62,013 bases of DNA, filler included, from 19 parts of 19 records of this genome joined end to end with filler, not necessarily neighbours in it, one strand, 5' to 3'; shown: positions 12,898 to 25,503, counted from the whole stretch's first letter. Notes: generated by a model from the letters alone, not told the origin. Numbers and translations are program-made.

Positions 12898-15288
12898 GAG
12901 GCCACCGGACATCCGCAATATCACCTTTGCCGTCGCCGCAGACAAGCTGTTGTGCGATTGGTCCCGCGCATTGCTAGCGATCCGACGGATGAGGACAGCT
13001 GCCTTGCGATTCTACGAGCACTAATCCCGTGGCGTGAGGAATTCACCCCTTCGCCTGAGTGCTCCGCTGCGGATCGCCTTCGCATCGTGCTCGCAACCGC
13101 TAGCGAGCCGCTGCAGGCACGTGTTGCTTGCTATCAGGTTGTTGGTGGAGTCCATGAATCCCTCGGCGCCGATGGACCTACACCTCTGCCATCTGACAAC
13201 GTCACGCAGCGACAGCAAAACAGCGATTTAATGATGCTATACCCTTCTGCGGACCTGGCTGACGACGACGGCGCGTCGCTAGGGGGCGATCAGCCGCCGG
13301 TTGAATCCCCCCTGCAGCCATGGGTCTTTCCTACCGCAGAGTTCTACGGGCGCGCGCAAACGTTCGTCAGCGACATCCAGCAGCAACAGCAGAGTTCACT
13401 CGAAACCACGCAACAGCTTGCTTTCCGCTCGGATCGGATCTCCCTCAGGAATACGCTGCAGCAGCTGCGGAAAGAGCAGCGAGTCGTGGTTCAGATGTTG
13501 CATGCCGCTGTAGTTCGCGAGCGGCGGCCATTGCAGATGATCATGCTGGGCATTGGAGGCACTGGCAAGTCCTACGTTATCAATGCCGTATCGCAATTGG
13601 TGCGTCGACACTTGCGCCCGGACTGCATTCAGGGTTTCGGCCCGGTGGTGCTCATGGCGTACACGGGCATCGCGGCCAGCAGCATTGGTGGGATGACCTT
13701 GCACCGTGCCCTACGTTGGGGACAGTTTGCCAGCAACAACAACGCCACCAAGCTGCAGCAGGACTTTGCACAAACACAGCTGGTGATTATCGACGAGTGT
13801 AGCTTCCTGTCCGCAGCTGACATTTTCAAAATCAACGAGTCGCTACGAAGGGCTAAAAACTCAGATCAGGAATTCGGCGGCGTATCGATTCTGTTCACCG
13901 GGGACTTTGCCCAGTTGCCGGGTGTGGGAGGTGTACGTTTATACAGCTCTCGCCCTCACACCGCTACAGCCGCAACCGGCACGGTAGATACAGAGTACGG
14001 TTTATCACACGAAGCCACATCTACCGGAGAAGCTCCCCCACCTGCGTTCTCTGACTCGATCGGCACAGAATCCACAGAGACGCGGTACGGTCAACAACAA
14101 CAACAACGTGACGATGTGCAGGTGGACGGTTTCCCGTCCGGCGCAGCTACGACCACACGCATAGCAGCAGCTCACACCGCCCGTGCAGCATCAGCCAAAC
14201 AATCCTCCGCCGCCGTTGGCCTTGAGCTGTGGCGTTCGATACCGAACGCGCACCGCTTGTTAGAGAACAAGCGGCAGGAAGGCGACCCTGCGTTCGCGAG
14301 CCTGCAGCAACGCGCACGTGATGGTAGGATCTCCAACTCCGACATCCGCTCGCTCCACACCCGTGTGGACCAGCAACCGCCACGCGACTGCTTGCGCGCA
14401 TTCCCAACAAACGATGAAGCCAAGCGCCACAACGAGGAAGTCTTCCGCTCGGCCCCGTACGACCACCGAATCCGCATTTGGGCGCAGCACGAGTTTGCAA
14501 CGAGAGCCGGTTCCACCAAGCGCGTACGTCTCGAACTGCCTCCGATTGAGCAGCAGATAGCGAAGCGCTACGAGTTACTGTCAGACAACGCAGCCAGCGA
14601 GAAGCAAAACAAGGTACACTCAACCAAGCTGCCACCTGTCCTGCAGATCGCCGTGGGGATGCGTGTTCAGCTCACCCGAAATATCGCCACCGAACTCGGC
14701 CTATCGAATGGCGTCGTCGGCACCGTGCACGGTATCGTGCTACCGCCTGAGGCACCCTTCATCCCGCTACCCACCATCGAACAAGCCGCTCGCACCTTCC
14801 CATCGCTTCCCCTGCCCACCGTCCTCGTCAGGTTTCCCCCGGATCGCTACTGCGGTCCATCGTTTCTCCCCTGCGTGCCCGGCGTCGTCCCCATCGTCCC
14901 TGAGAAGAGCCCTGTCGGCAAATACAACGGACTCCAAAACGTGAACCGCATCCAGCTTCCCCTGCGACCCGCCGATGCCGTCACGATTCACCGCGTGCAG
15001 GGGCTCACTATGGACTGCATCGAGAGCGACCTCAACAACGTGTTCGACGCGGGACAGGCATACGTGGTCCTCAGCCGTGTTCGATCGCTCGCGGGGCTCT
15101 ACCTACGCCCCATCCAGAACTCGAAACTTCAACACTGTTTCAACGGATTCCAATCGACACGCGCACTCATTGCTGCTGAAGACCGCCGTATTGATGAGCT
15201 CTGCGCACTTACTCGCGCCAGAAACATTCACTTATGGGAACAAGACGAGAACCAAGCTATCGACGACATGCTCGAAGGCTTGTTGTAG
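12898..15288 (+). mobile_element. Pif1-family SF1B helicase, probably the C-terminal part of a Helitron-type RepHel protein
   Basis: Intronless frame, open from the contig start. Motifs GIGGTGKS, AYTGIAA..IGGMTLH, IIDECS, FGG..ILFTGDFAQLP, R.QLPL, TIHRVQG, GQAYVVLSR. Upstream HPQY and LIPWR motifs resemble RepHel linkers. The Rep domain is not in the contig. Confidence 0.72.
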
Positions 15289-15566
15289 TGGTGTTGTGTC
15301 TAATATGTCGAATTATTAAGCAAGTCACAAAAACAGGTTTGGACGAACTCGTCTAGACTACCTGACAAAATGCACNNNNNNNNNNNNNNNNNNNNNNNNN
15401 NNNNNNNNNNNNNNNNNNNTTAATTAATTAANNNNNNNNNNNNNNNNNNNNNNNNNNNNNNNNNNNNNNNNNNNNCAAGGTATGCGCTCCCGGGGCGAAT
15501 GACGTGGATCCTGTTTGTGTGCTGGTGTTCGTGGTGTGACGGCGTGAACTGACCGGCTGTGCACAG

Positions 15567-15773
15567 ACGCGGCGCATCCTGCTCAAGCCGCCCATGCAGG
15601 ACTACGACCGCGGCCACCGCCAGATCGTGACGAAACCGCAGTTCTGCAGTGCGCTGCGGTCCTCGGGCATTGTGCTGCAGGACGGCGAGGCGGCCGTGCT
15701 GGCGGACGCATACTGGAACGCCGAGCGCGGGGGGGTGGTCTACCCCAAGTTCCTTGCCGACCTGGAGGTGTAG
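15567..15773 (+). CDS. Last exon of a degenerate EF-hand repeat protein (axonemal-type)
   Basis: After a CAG acceptor: TRRILLKPPMQDYDRGHRQIVTKPQFCSALRSSGIVLQDGEAAVLADAYW...VVYPKFLADLEV*. Confidence 0.55.
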   Translation, partial: TRRILLKPPMQDYDRGHRQIVTKPQFCSALRSSGIVLQDGEAAVLADAYWNAERGGVVYPKFLADLEV

Positions 15774-15943
15774 GCTGTGGTGTGCCAATGACGTGTACTG
15801 TTGTGTGTGAAGGTGTGTGTTTGTCTGTGTGTCCTACTGCGCTTCTGGTCCTGTTCGTGAAGGGGCTGGAAGAATGTAGTGGTCTCAACCTGCAGTGTGT
15901 GTATGTTTGATTAATACAAAACAAGTTCCCTGTCGCAGCAGCG

Positions 15944-16640
15944 TTACTTGCCCGTGTGCTTAGCGTAGATGTCCACATGGGGTTTCACAGGTTTGGCAGC
16001 AGGCAGCTCACCCTCCTGTATGCGGACGAAACAAAGAACCAAATGAGATTAACTGAGTGAGCACAATGCCTTGCGGCAGTTGCGTTGCGATTGACGCAGA
16101 ACGTACAAAGGTGTAATGGATGAGTACGCGTCCGGAATGGGGAGCGTCTACAGGATGGCTGATCTGGCCATGCTTGGCGTGTTTTACGAGTTCGGGGAGC
16201 GGAATTTTCGCACTGTTCTTGCATGTAAGTAAGCATCATAACAGGCAATTGCAGGCATACACTCCCAAATCGTCATCACTGGAGAAGGTGTTCTTGTTCC
16301 GCAGCTGCACAAGCAAGTGCTCCTCATAATCGCCGCAGCGTCTACGGAGAAATTAGGTGTAAGAATACAAACAGACAGTATCGGGCATACAGGCGAATCT
16401 TCTCCTCGTTCCATGTAACAAGATCATGAGCATCGTGCTTGATGGTGGTCGTGGTCGGCGTCTCGTAGTCACCACCAGCGGTCACAATCAAATATAAGTT
16501 GGAATCCTCTGATGAATAGGGAGTGTTAGTGAAAATCGCCAACAGGTCCTAAAGTATGACATACTGCCATCGTGATTCTTCTTCTCAAACTCGCGAACCT
16601 CAATTGAAGTCAGAGTAACGTATGCTTGCTTTCCAGCCAT
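15944..16640 (-). CDS. Small C2-domain protein, multi-exon
   Basis: Spliced reading MAGKQAYVTLTSIEVREF...DSNLYLIVT...VTWNEEKIRL...LLVQLRNKNTFSSDDDLG.AKIPL...HTGK*. Short introns, one with a CACTAAC branch point. Confidence 0.65.
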
Positions 16641-16870
16641 GTTGTGCTAGTGTCGAAAGTACAGTACACTCGGAAGCAAACAAAAAGATGAAAATACTCG
16701 CTAAGCGAATTCAGCATGCGGCGCAAATCTCCAAACTTTTCAAACCGAACAATTCTCCCCTGCCCGAATAGGCAATTGACAGCACACACGAACAACAATG
16801 ATTCGTCCGATACGCATTTCATCGTACATATACACGTTCATATGAGTAAATAAATAAGCAAACTGACCCG

Positions 16871-17796
16871 TCACAGCAGGCGAAGTGCATTCACTTGGTC
16901 TCGCCGGGTTAGCGCCTGTGCTAGCACCTACGCAAGGGTTTGAGTCAGCGAGAACAAGCACACACGGTGTACACGACAGATAACGATGGCGGACACACGT
17001 ACGGCCTCCATGTGCAGCTGGGGCAAGTGCTGCAGGCGGCCGAGGCCCTCCAGACCCTCCATGTCATCCAGATCCTCCGCAAGCTGGTCAATGATGGCTG
17101 CACACACAGATAACACACACACGCATGAGCCACCGCCAGACAGTGCTGTCAGCGACGTACCCAGACAGACGAACGGGTGCAGGGCAAACCCGTCGGCGCT
17201 GGCGATGTAGAGGTCCCACAGACGCAGCAGACAGGACATGGGGAGCTCACGCGCAAGCATGTACTGCAGCCAGCTCACCGCCCAGCGGTTCACAGGGATC
17301 TGCACCGCACAACACCATGTGAGTCATGAACGCAATGAATAACACGAAGCAAACGACAGTATTATGTGATGAAGCACATACGCCCTCGTCCTCCATGTGG
17401 CGGCAGAGCTCTGGATGGAACGCCCGCAAGATGCCCATAAAGTTCGCCACACGCGTGCCTATGGTCTCTGGGATATCATCTGCACACAACAAAGACACAG
17501 GACAAATGAGAAAACAACGACACGGTCGGAGCACAAGCATGGACGAATGGGGGCATACCGAGTTTGCGCATAAAATTCTGGAAGCAGAAGTATGTCTCAT
17601 ACTCTTTCTTGTCGTTGAGAACATAGGCGAACGGACCCAGGCAGTGCACGAACGCAGGGTCGTAGTCGACGGAGGTGTTCTGGTTGAGGTACGCAACTGC
17701 AGCCACGATCAGAGCACGCAAACAGATATGCATGCATGCAGCAGAGACATGAAAGTACATACATATAGTAGCGTATTTAAATCCATAATCTCCGGG
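16871..17796 (-). CDS. Rab-GAP TBC-domain protein (Gyp1/TBC1D22-like), 3' part
   Basis: ETYFCFQNFM...HPELCRHME...WLQYMLARELPMSCLLRLWDLY...HPFVCL...LQHLP...LRLL*. Confidence 0.8.
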
Positions 17797-17896
17797 NNNN
17801 NNNNNNNNNNNNNNNNNNNNNNNNNNNNNNNNNNNNNNNNTTAATTAATTAANNNNNNNNNNNNNNNNNNNNNNNNNNNNNNNNNNNNNNNNNNNN

Positions 17897-18400
17897 TCTT
17901 TTATCCTCATCATCATCATCATCTTGCTGATTGCTCTTCGTTGCAGTCGCACCGATCTGGCTGCACCCACCGCTGCCAACAACAACAACAACAACACAGA
18001 ACCACTCGACTCGATACACACCGACCCTGCACTAACTTCATCGCTACCTCAACTACAACAGCAGCAGCAACAACTTGGGGAAGAAGCGTCACAGCAGCAG
18101 CCGCACCTGTCCACACTGCCACTGTCACAGAATGATATTCACGCGACTGTCCCAAACGCCAACGCACCGGAGCGCAGTGTACCGAGACTCGCGCTCGATC
18201 GTGCTCCAGGGTACCCAGTCGCCCCACCTACACCACCGCCCACTAGACCCGCCCCCGCCACGCTAGTATCAGATACAGCAGGAGACGGGGGCGCGGCGGA
18301 CACAGTTGTTGCAATGCCGTTGTACGCGCCAAGTGTGGGTGTGCCACGCCCGGACGAGTTGCCTGGGTTGAGGGCAGGCGCCACGGAAAGCGTTGGATAA
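17897..18400 (+). CDS. Low-complexity Q/N/P-rich coding fragment, unknown
   Basis: Open frame from the contig start with poly-N and poly-Q tracts, ending in TAA. No recognisable domain. Confidence 0.35.
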   Translation, partial: SFILIIIIILLIALRCSRTDLAAPTAANNNNNNTEPLDSIHTDPALTSSLPQLQQQQQQLGEEASQQQPHLSTLPLSQNDIHATVPNANAPERSVPRLALDRAPGYPVAPPTPPPTRPAPATLVSDTAGDGGAADTVVAMPLYAPSVGVPRPDELPGLRAGATESVG

Positions 18401-19506
18401 CAAGAACAACAACCACAGCAACAGCTCCTGCCGCAGAGTGGCACGGTGAGGAGGGTGAGTCGCAGCCACAGCAGGACGATGCGGGCGACATGCTGCCCGG
18501 GGACCGGGACGACCGCGTATGACCAGTCACAGGGGAGTGTGTGAGAACGATTGGGGATTTCGACCGAACGAACTTTTCTTTTTTCCGGACGCTAGCGATG
18601 CCCTCTGTGCGCGGGTCGACTGATTTCCACGACCCTGCGTTTAGTGGGGGGTTTCTGTTGATGCAATACTGGAAGGTTGTGTGTGCGTGTGTTTCGGGTG
18701 TGCGTGTTGTTGAATGTGTGCGTGTGTAAGAGCGTGTGTGTGCATGCGTGCGTGTTCGTTCGAGGAACGATGATAATGAAGATGAGACGGGAGGTCATGA
18801 ACTGCGAGTCACAGCATAAGTTGGCATATACATACGTGTGTGTGTGCCGCCTGCTGACAACGACACAGTTGTTGAGCATATTTTCAAGGTTGCTGCATTA
18901 TGGGCCATGCCGGAGAGCCAGACTGTATCACTGCCCTTGTATGATTATATTTGGTTATGTGGCTTGCAGTCGTCCTAGTGGGTGGAGGAACGCTACCTGA
19001 ATGGTTTGGCGTTCGTAGACCCAGGTACCGTGGGGACGTTTCGTAGGGATCAGCTCTACATCAGAATATCACCCAAGGATGTATAATAGTAACAATAGAT
19101 AAATATACACATACAGTACATACATAGTGTACCACCAACCACCCACAACGCACGGCCGAAAAGGGGCCGGGGATTCCTGTTTCAACATCCGCTGGGAAGC
19201 AACACAACAGCTCCCCACACATTCCCCTTGTTGAATGCTGTCCAAACGATCGATCGCACCCCATACAGTGAGTTATCAATGCATCATACACACTCACACA
19301 CTCTCTCTTTCGCAGCGGACTACAGCGGCAAACACACGAGATGTCCGACCTCACTTGGTTATGATGTCATAGGCGACGTCAGGTCCCACTGTGCCTCACG
19401 TGCAACAAGCCATATGGGGAGGCGCAGTGTATTAGTGTGCGGTGATAATATAGAAGCGTGGCTGCATTGTAGTGGTGCGGCTGCTATGAATACGGTGCAG
19501 GGCCGA

Positions 19507-19905
19507 TTATTGTGGAGCAGGTGGCACCGCACCAGAGTCTTGCTGCTGTCCTTGCTGTGCTGGCGGTTGTGGTGGTTGTGGTTGTGGCTGTGCCGGTGGT
19601 TGTGGTTGTTGTTGAGGGGGCTGTGCTTGTGCTTGTGCCTGAGGTGGTTGCTGCTGTGGTGGTTGTGGTTGTGTTGCTTGCTGGGGTCGCAACTGCTGCT
19701 GCTGCTGCTGTCTGACAAGCTGTGCCATCACGCGCTGTCGAATAATAAACTCGTTCCACAGAAACACCACCAGCACCACCGCGATCGCTACAAAGAACTT
19801 CCAGCGGCTCACAATGAACGCGTACACGTGGTCCGCCACGTCACCTAGCTCCTCAAGATCGGAATCGTAGACCACAATCGCGCCCCCTTCGTAAACGACC
19901 GCCAC
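19507..19905 (-). CDS. Last exon of a membrane protein with a Q/P-rich tail
   Basis: One TM segment (FFVAIAVVLVVFLW), then QQQQ/PQPPQQ repeats to TAA. TG-rich intron-like DNA lies upstream on the same strand. Confidence 0.5.
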   Translation of the reverse strand: MAVVYEGGAIVVYDSDLEELGDVADHVYAFIVSRWKFFVAIAVVLVVFLWNEFIIRQRVMAQLVRQQQQQQLRPQQATQPQPPQQQPPQAQAQAQPPQQQPQPPAQPQPQPPQPPAQQGQQQDSGAVPPAPQ

Positions 19906-20486
19906 TGCAATAAAGTATGAGTCAGGGTAAAGAAAAACAACAACGAAGAAAATGAGTTTTCGCATGTATGGGATACAATCAGTGTAAACACAACACAGCA
20001 ACAGCACTCTCGTACATCAACACATTCTACAACACACACACACATACATACAGACAGGCAGATACAAACAGATTGTTCAACAACTATTCGCATATACGAG
20101 GAACGTACGTTTCGATTCACCGAAGAAGCGCATAGCCAATGGAAACTACACATCATTGCACCGTTAGAAACACGGACAGACACTCGGAGTGCATCAAACA
20201 CACATACACGGGCGCAGCCCACTCCAACACAACATATCGGCGATGCGTAATATCACAATACCTGACAAGCACACACACACACATACACATACACACACAN
20301 NNNNNNNNNNNNNNNNNNNNNNNNNNNNNNNNNNNNNNNNNNNTTAATTAATTAANNNNNNNNNNNNNNNNNNNNNNNNNNNNNNNNNNNNNNNNNNNNA
20401 CACACTCACTCACACACACATACACACACGCACACCTACCCTCTCATGCACATACTCACATACACACACTCAGCGCACACGCATAC

Positions 20487-22187
20487 CTTGTGCGTTGAGG
20501 CACTGGTACAGCAAGCGACCACCAAACAGGTACATGCCCATCACAGCGAAGGCATACACAAAGAGCGACAGCAACACGAATACGTTGAGCATCATGGGAA
20601 CGCTGCGGAGGATGGCCTCGATCATAATGCGAAGATCTGCACAATAGAAACACAAAGAAACACACACACAGAGAGAATCATATAAGGACACAGACGAGTT
20701 AGCACGCACACAATCCACTACACACGCGAGAATGAAACAACGGGGAAGAGCAGGAGACAAAATACCGCAGGTCGCTTCCTTACACACACGATTTAATAAA
20801 CGCAGTCAAGGTAACGTGAGCTCATGTATGTACATATGTGCATTCTCAGGCACGACGTCACACAGATATACCCAAACATACACATAACAATAAGAAAAAC
20901 GTACCTTCGAGCAGTCGAAACACGCGCACCGCCCGAAGAATTCGCAACGCTCGAACGGAGCCCGCATTCACACTCAGATAGGGGCTGAGCGATATAAAAC
21001 TGATAGTGATCACCGCGAAATCAAACAGGTTCCAGCCCTGACGAAAATAAGCCCTCCTGTGCCCGATCACACCACAGGCGAGCATTCGAACGGCCGCCTC
21101 TAGCGCGAACACCGCTAGAAACGCGATTTGGATGGCGTCCAGGGTTTGGGAGAATGCCCAATCTCTGGGTATGAGGGGATTACCCAAAGCCAGCACCACG
21201 ACGTTGGCGATCACGAAGAGGAGGATGATGCGCTCAAACCATCTGTGTGCGTGAGTGTGTTGTGTGTGAGCGAACGGACAACGAGAGACATTAGAGACTG
21301 TAGTGTGTGCGTGAACAATAAACAAACACTGCACACAAATACCACCACCAGCGTAGAGACAGCAGTGCGTAGGGCATTCGAGATGGTAAATACATGGAAT
21401 CAATTCGATATCGCAAGCAAAGAAATCTCAAGGACGATTACCCGTGGATGATGCGCGCATAGTACGTACGGATTGTCAACTAGCCGGATAGCCAGGTGTC
21501 GATACGGGTGTGTGACCGGAAAGAGAAAGAACGCCTTACCAAAGTATTTCTCTTCCTCATTATTCTGCAACATATAACCGCGATACAGAAACGCATAAGA
21601 AAACTACGCACACAATAGTAATAGCGAACTTAACGCAGTCTGACCCAGATAATCAAACACAATACCACAGAGCCACATAGACAATGCATAAACACTGCGA
21701 ACACGAACCCAATTGATCAACATATCTCCACTCAACCATAGAAAATAGCAGCATTACCGACCGAACCACCACGGAGGCAAACACAAACAATGCAGATCGA
21801 AGCTAGACACACATGGCGTACATCTTTCCGTCCCATTTCCTCCACAAGCGCCGCCAGACTCATCGCGTCGCCGACCTTATCCTCTTGTTCGCCCTTCACA
21901 TCAACTACTGTCTCATCACCGGGGGCCGCATCCTGGCGATCGTCAGATCGGCGATCCACGGGAGGAACAGGTTGCACGCTCAGAGCCGTGAGTGCAAGCG
22001 TCTGTGCATCTAAGGGAGAAGGTGTGGGTACGATATCGACTTGAGACGGAATGCGTCCTGGCACTGATCCGAGAAATGAGGACGAGACACGAGACAATGT
22101 GGATAGATCGCCTCGTGATGCGCTACGCAGAGGCGGGAGCGCACGCAGCCGTGTTATTCGAGAAGAGTCTGGGCGGAGATCAGACAT
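20487..22187 (-). CDS. Voltage-gated cation channel alpha subunit (Cav/Nav-type), N-terminus and domain I S1-S5
   Basis: WFERIILLFVIANVVVLA (S1), FALEAAVR (S2), YFRQGWNLFDF (S3), RALRILRAVRVFR (S4), AVMGMYLFGGRLLYQC (post-S5). Confidence 0.88.
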
Positions 22188-22979
22188 GGGGGATCTTGAC
22201 AGTGTGAGTTGTGATCAGTGGAGGTGAGGGTGAGACATATATGGAGGTGCACGGGGTGTAGATGCAAGCACACAACACTCTCGATGCGGATTGGATTCAG
22301 CGCAACTACAACAAGAGTAGCGGCAACGTGACAAGATCATGTTCACCTTGTCAGCAACTCCTCTCGTCTCTTCTCTCCTCTGATCAAATCTTCTTCGATT
22401 ATCAGCACGCCAGCATCGATGTATATGATTCACGAGATATATTCTACACACGACATTCTTATAACGTGTGAACCACCCACACACAGACACAAAAACACGC
22501 ACGTAGACGCGCAGATAACCTCCCTATAACAGAAGAACGATAACAAAGTGCTGTCACTCTCCCATACAGAGACGGGACACATATGCAGAGACACACAACG
22601 CAAAACAGCCAGAACTGTTCCTAGAAACCCCACAATGAAACAGTACACCCGTGTCAAACTCACCAACAGCATGCACGTTTGTACACACAGCAACGCGCGC
22701 TCACAAGCACCGTGATTCACTCATGCAAACACATACTCACTTTGCGGACCAAGAAGAGGGGACCGAAACACGAACACACATGCACACACGCACTCTCTCT
22801 CAGGCTCTCACTCACTCACTCACTCACTCACTCNNNNNNNNNNNNNNNNNNNNNNNNNNNNNNNNNNNNNNNNNNNNTTAATTAATTAANNNNNNNNNNN
22901 NNNNNNNNNNNNNNNNNNNNNNNNNNNNNNNNNGCGAACCAACCAACACACACAAACACATACAAACACACCCACGTAC

Positions 22980-23899
22980 CGTTTCAGCTTGATGTGACAC
23001 AGCGCACGGTTGGTGAGACACTGTGTAGACCAGGGTACCACTTTGAGTGCCTCTGTGTATCGTGCCACTGCGTCTTCCAGCCTGCCCTCACGGAACGCAT
23101 CGTTTCCCTGCGTTTACACGTTCCCGTATAAGCCGCATACATACGAGCACCCACACAAGCGCCCGACAGCAGGCACCAGCACTTCCCTGGATATCGACCA
23201 TATGCACTCTCTCACACACACATACCTGTACACGGATCACTTCGCCCTCTGCTTCCCGCTTGCGCCGATTCTCCGCACGTTCTTCCGCGTCCTTCTCCAT
23301 CGAAGCCATCCACACTGATGCAAAGCAAAAAAGCACGCAACTCAACACCCGAAGATGCAATGCGCTCACACAGACGTACTTTTCGCGTCCGGAGTCGGAG
23401 CATCTACAGCTTGCTTGTATAGTTCTTCGTCAGAATCATCACTCAGGTCGAACTGCTCCCACTTGGCGTAATCAGTCGGCTTTCCTTGTCCAGATGAGGC
23501 TGCCAAAGCAGCGGCTCTGGCTTTGCGCGCCTCGCGACGATTATGTTTCGTAATGATGTCATCGACACGCCTACAGCACGCTCACTAGTCAACGCATGCA
23601 CATCTCACCTGATGGAACGTACCCCTTCGCCTTCTCTTTCATCACCGCCTCATAATGCTCTTTACGCGCCTTCTCCTCAGCCAGTCGCTTGGCCTGTTCT
23701 TGCTTTCGTCGACTGTCATCTTGCTCACGGGCTATGGCACGATCAAGTTCTACTGGGTCAAGCTTTCCCTCCTTCAGATCCTTAATTTGTTGCTCTGTCG
23801 GCAATAAAAGCTCATCTCCACCGCAACCATCTCAGATCACATACCAACTTTGGAGACTTTTGCCAGAAATTCTTCGAAATCCGCATTGGTGTTGTTCAT
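22980..23899 (-). CDS. TTC12: TPR protein TTC12-like (axonemal dynein assembly factor), 5' part
   Basis: MNNTNADFEEFLAKV...QIKDLKEG...WMASMEKDAEERAENRR...GNDAFREGRLEDAVARYTEAL...TNRALCHIKL. Confidence 0.75.
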
Positions 23900-24041
23900 G
23901 ATGATTCACACGACACAATGAGCAGCGTAACAAATGGTGCCTTCCAGATTTTTGGGGTGCCCTCATCGAATCATGGCGATCTCCTCCGAGGTGAATTTGC
24001 GTACATCCCGGCGTACGCCGCTACTTCGTGACAGTTTTACG

Positions 24042-24059
24042 TTTCGCGCGAAATTTGAA
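24042..24059 (+). promoter_or_regulatory. Candidate E2F site + CHR element (DREAM-type)
   Basis: TTTCGCGC-GAAA-TTTGAA, 58 nt upstream of the Mis12 ATG. Confidence 0.55.
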
Positions 24060-24117
24060 TTGGGGGTCAATTCTTCACCGTCTTCACCATTGCTCTCTCA
24101 GAGTGTGTACCAGCACC

Positions 24118-25304
24118 ATGGAAGACTCTGGTTATGAGTTAGAGAGGCGCTATTTTGGATATCACCCTGTTCGGTTCGTCGATGATGTGATCAATGCCGT
24201 GAGTGATTATGTGGGCGAGTGCTGCGACAAAGCGGAGGCCGCGTTGATCGAACACGCCGTACCACGGAACTCAGAAACGCCCAGCAAGAAACGAGCGAAG
24301 ACAGATGCCGGAACCGCATCCCTGCACGACGTATGCCGTTTTAACACGCGATTGTGTGCAAGTGCAAACGTATCTCACTATCTGTGATTGCACATTGTGT
24401 AGGGCATGCAAAAACTGTTCCACCTCTATCAGCGACAGATTGACAAAAACTTTGACAAGTACGAACTGTATCTCTTTCAGTACATCTTCCCTGTACCTGC
24501 GGAAGCCGGGGCATGCGCCTTGCCCGAGTCAAGATCGGTGGCTCCTGCTCTGACAGTGAGCGAGGAGGCGCAGCTAGACGCAGAGATCCAAAAGTACCGG
24601 GCCAAGATTCGTGCGGTACGTGATACACGCCGCAAGCAGACGGAATTCGAACTTGCTATTGAGCGTGTGTCTCTCTCATTACTCAACAACCGAATATCGT
24701 GTGGAAGAGCGTTCTGCAGTTGGTGTGCTTGTATGTATGTGCGTACCTCTCACACAAACTATGTGTGTGTGTGTGCGTGTGCAGAGCAAAATGCTGATCT
24801 CGGAGCTGCGGATGGCGAAAACAGCGGTTGAGTCCGAGGTGCAGGCCTTTGCGGAATCAAAGGAGAACATGACCTTCAACACACAGCGTACGTGGTGTGG
24901 TGTCTGCGGGAGCATCACCTACGGTGTAGTGTTAGTTTTAATACCTGTTGCTGCTGCGGCTGTGGTCCTTGCTGGGTTGGAAAGTTGTGGGTGATGCCCA
25001 CATTTCACACTCTACGCGCATGCTGCTTGCACGATGCTCATATGCGAAATGACAACGCACTGTGACACTATTGCACCCCGTTTGTGTGTATGCATGCATG
25101 CGCCCGCTCACCGTTTGCCGCTGAGTGCAGTGAACGAAGTTGCGCAATTGATCAAGTCAGTAGCGGCATCCTCCCAGACCGCAGAAATCACCTGTACGGA
25201 GGCTCTTCAAGTACTGACCATCAACAACACACCCTCGTCCCCTGTGCCGTTCTTCAGTGCGGACGTGACTGAAGAAGCCACACAAAAGGCGGTGGCCGCG
25301 GAAG
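24118..25304 (+). CDS. MIS12: Kinetochore protein Mis12, multi-exon, 3' end uncertain
   Basis: YFGYHPVRFVDDVINAV and IDKNFDKYELYLFQYIFPVP are the two Mis12 signature blocks. Intron 24331-24402. Confidence 0.88.
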
Positions 25305-25503
25305 GTACGCTGCTGCGGTTTTCTCGTATGTGATTCAGCTCTGAGTAATTGGCAAACAGAAACAAGACTATTCGTGTGTGTGTATATTTCCAGCGTGGTG
25401 GTTNNNNNNNNNNNNNNNNNNNNNNNNNNNNNNNNNNNNNNNNNNNNTTAATTAATTAANNNNNNNNNNNNNNNNNNNNNNNNNNNNNNNNNNNNNNNNN
25501 NNN

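Noticed and set aside
15340..15356. GACGA-AC-TCGTC hairpin and CTAG as a Helitron 3' terminus
   Set aside because: The stem is short and overlaps the CTAG instead of lying about 10 nt upstream, and there is no second copy to define the end.
18398..18545. TAA followed in frame by QEQQPQQQ, suggesting TAA=Gln reassignment
   Set aside because: This is a single case in low-complexity DNA. TAG ends WDR7 at the expected place, TAA plausibly ends the C2 gene, and long exons show no in-frame TAA or TAG.
23900..24040. RFX X-box upstream of the ciliary gene TTC12
   Set aside because: There is no convincing GTTNCC/GGNAAC match.
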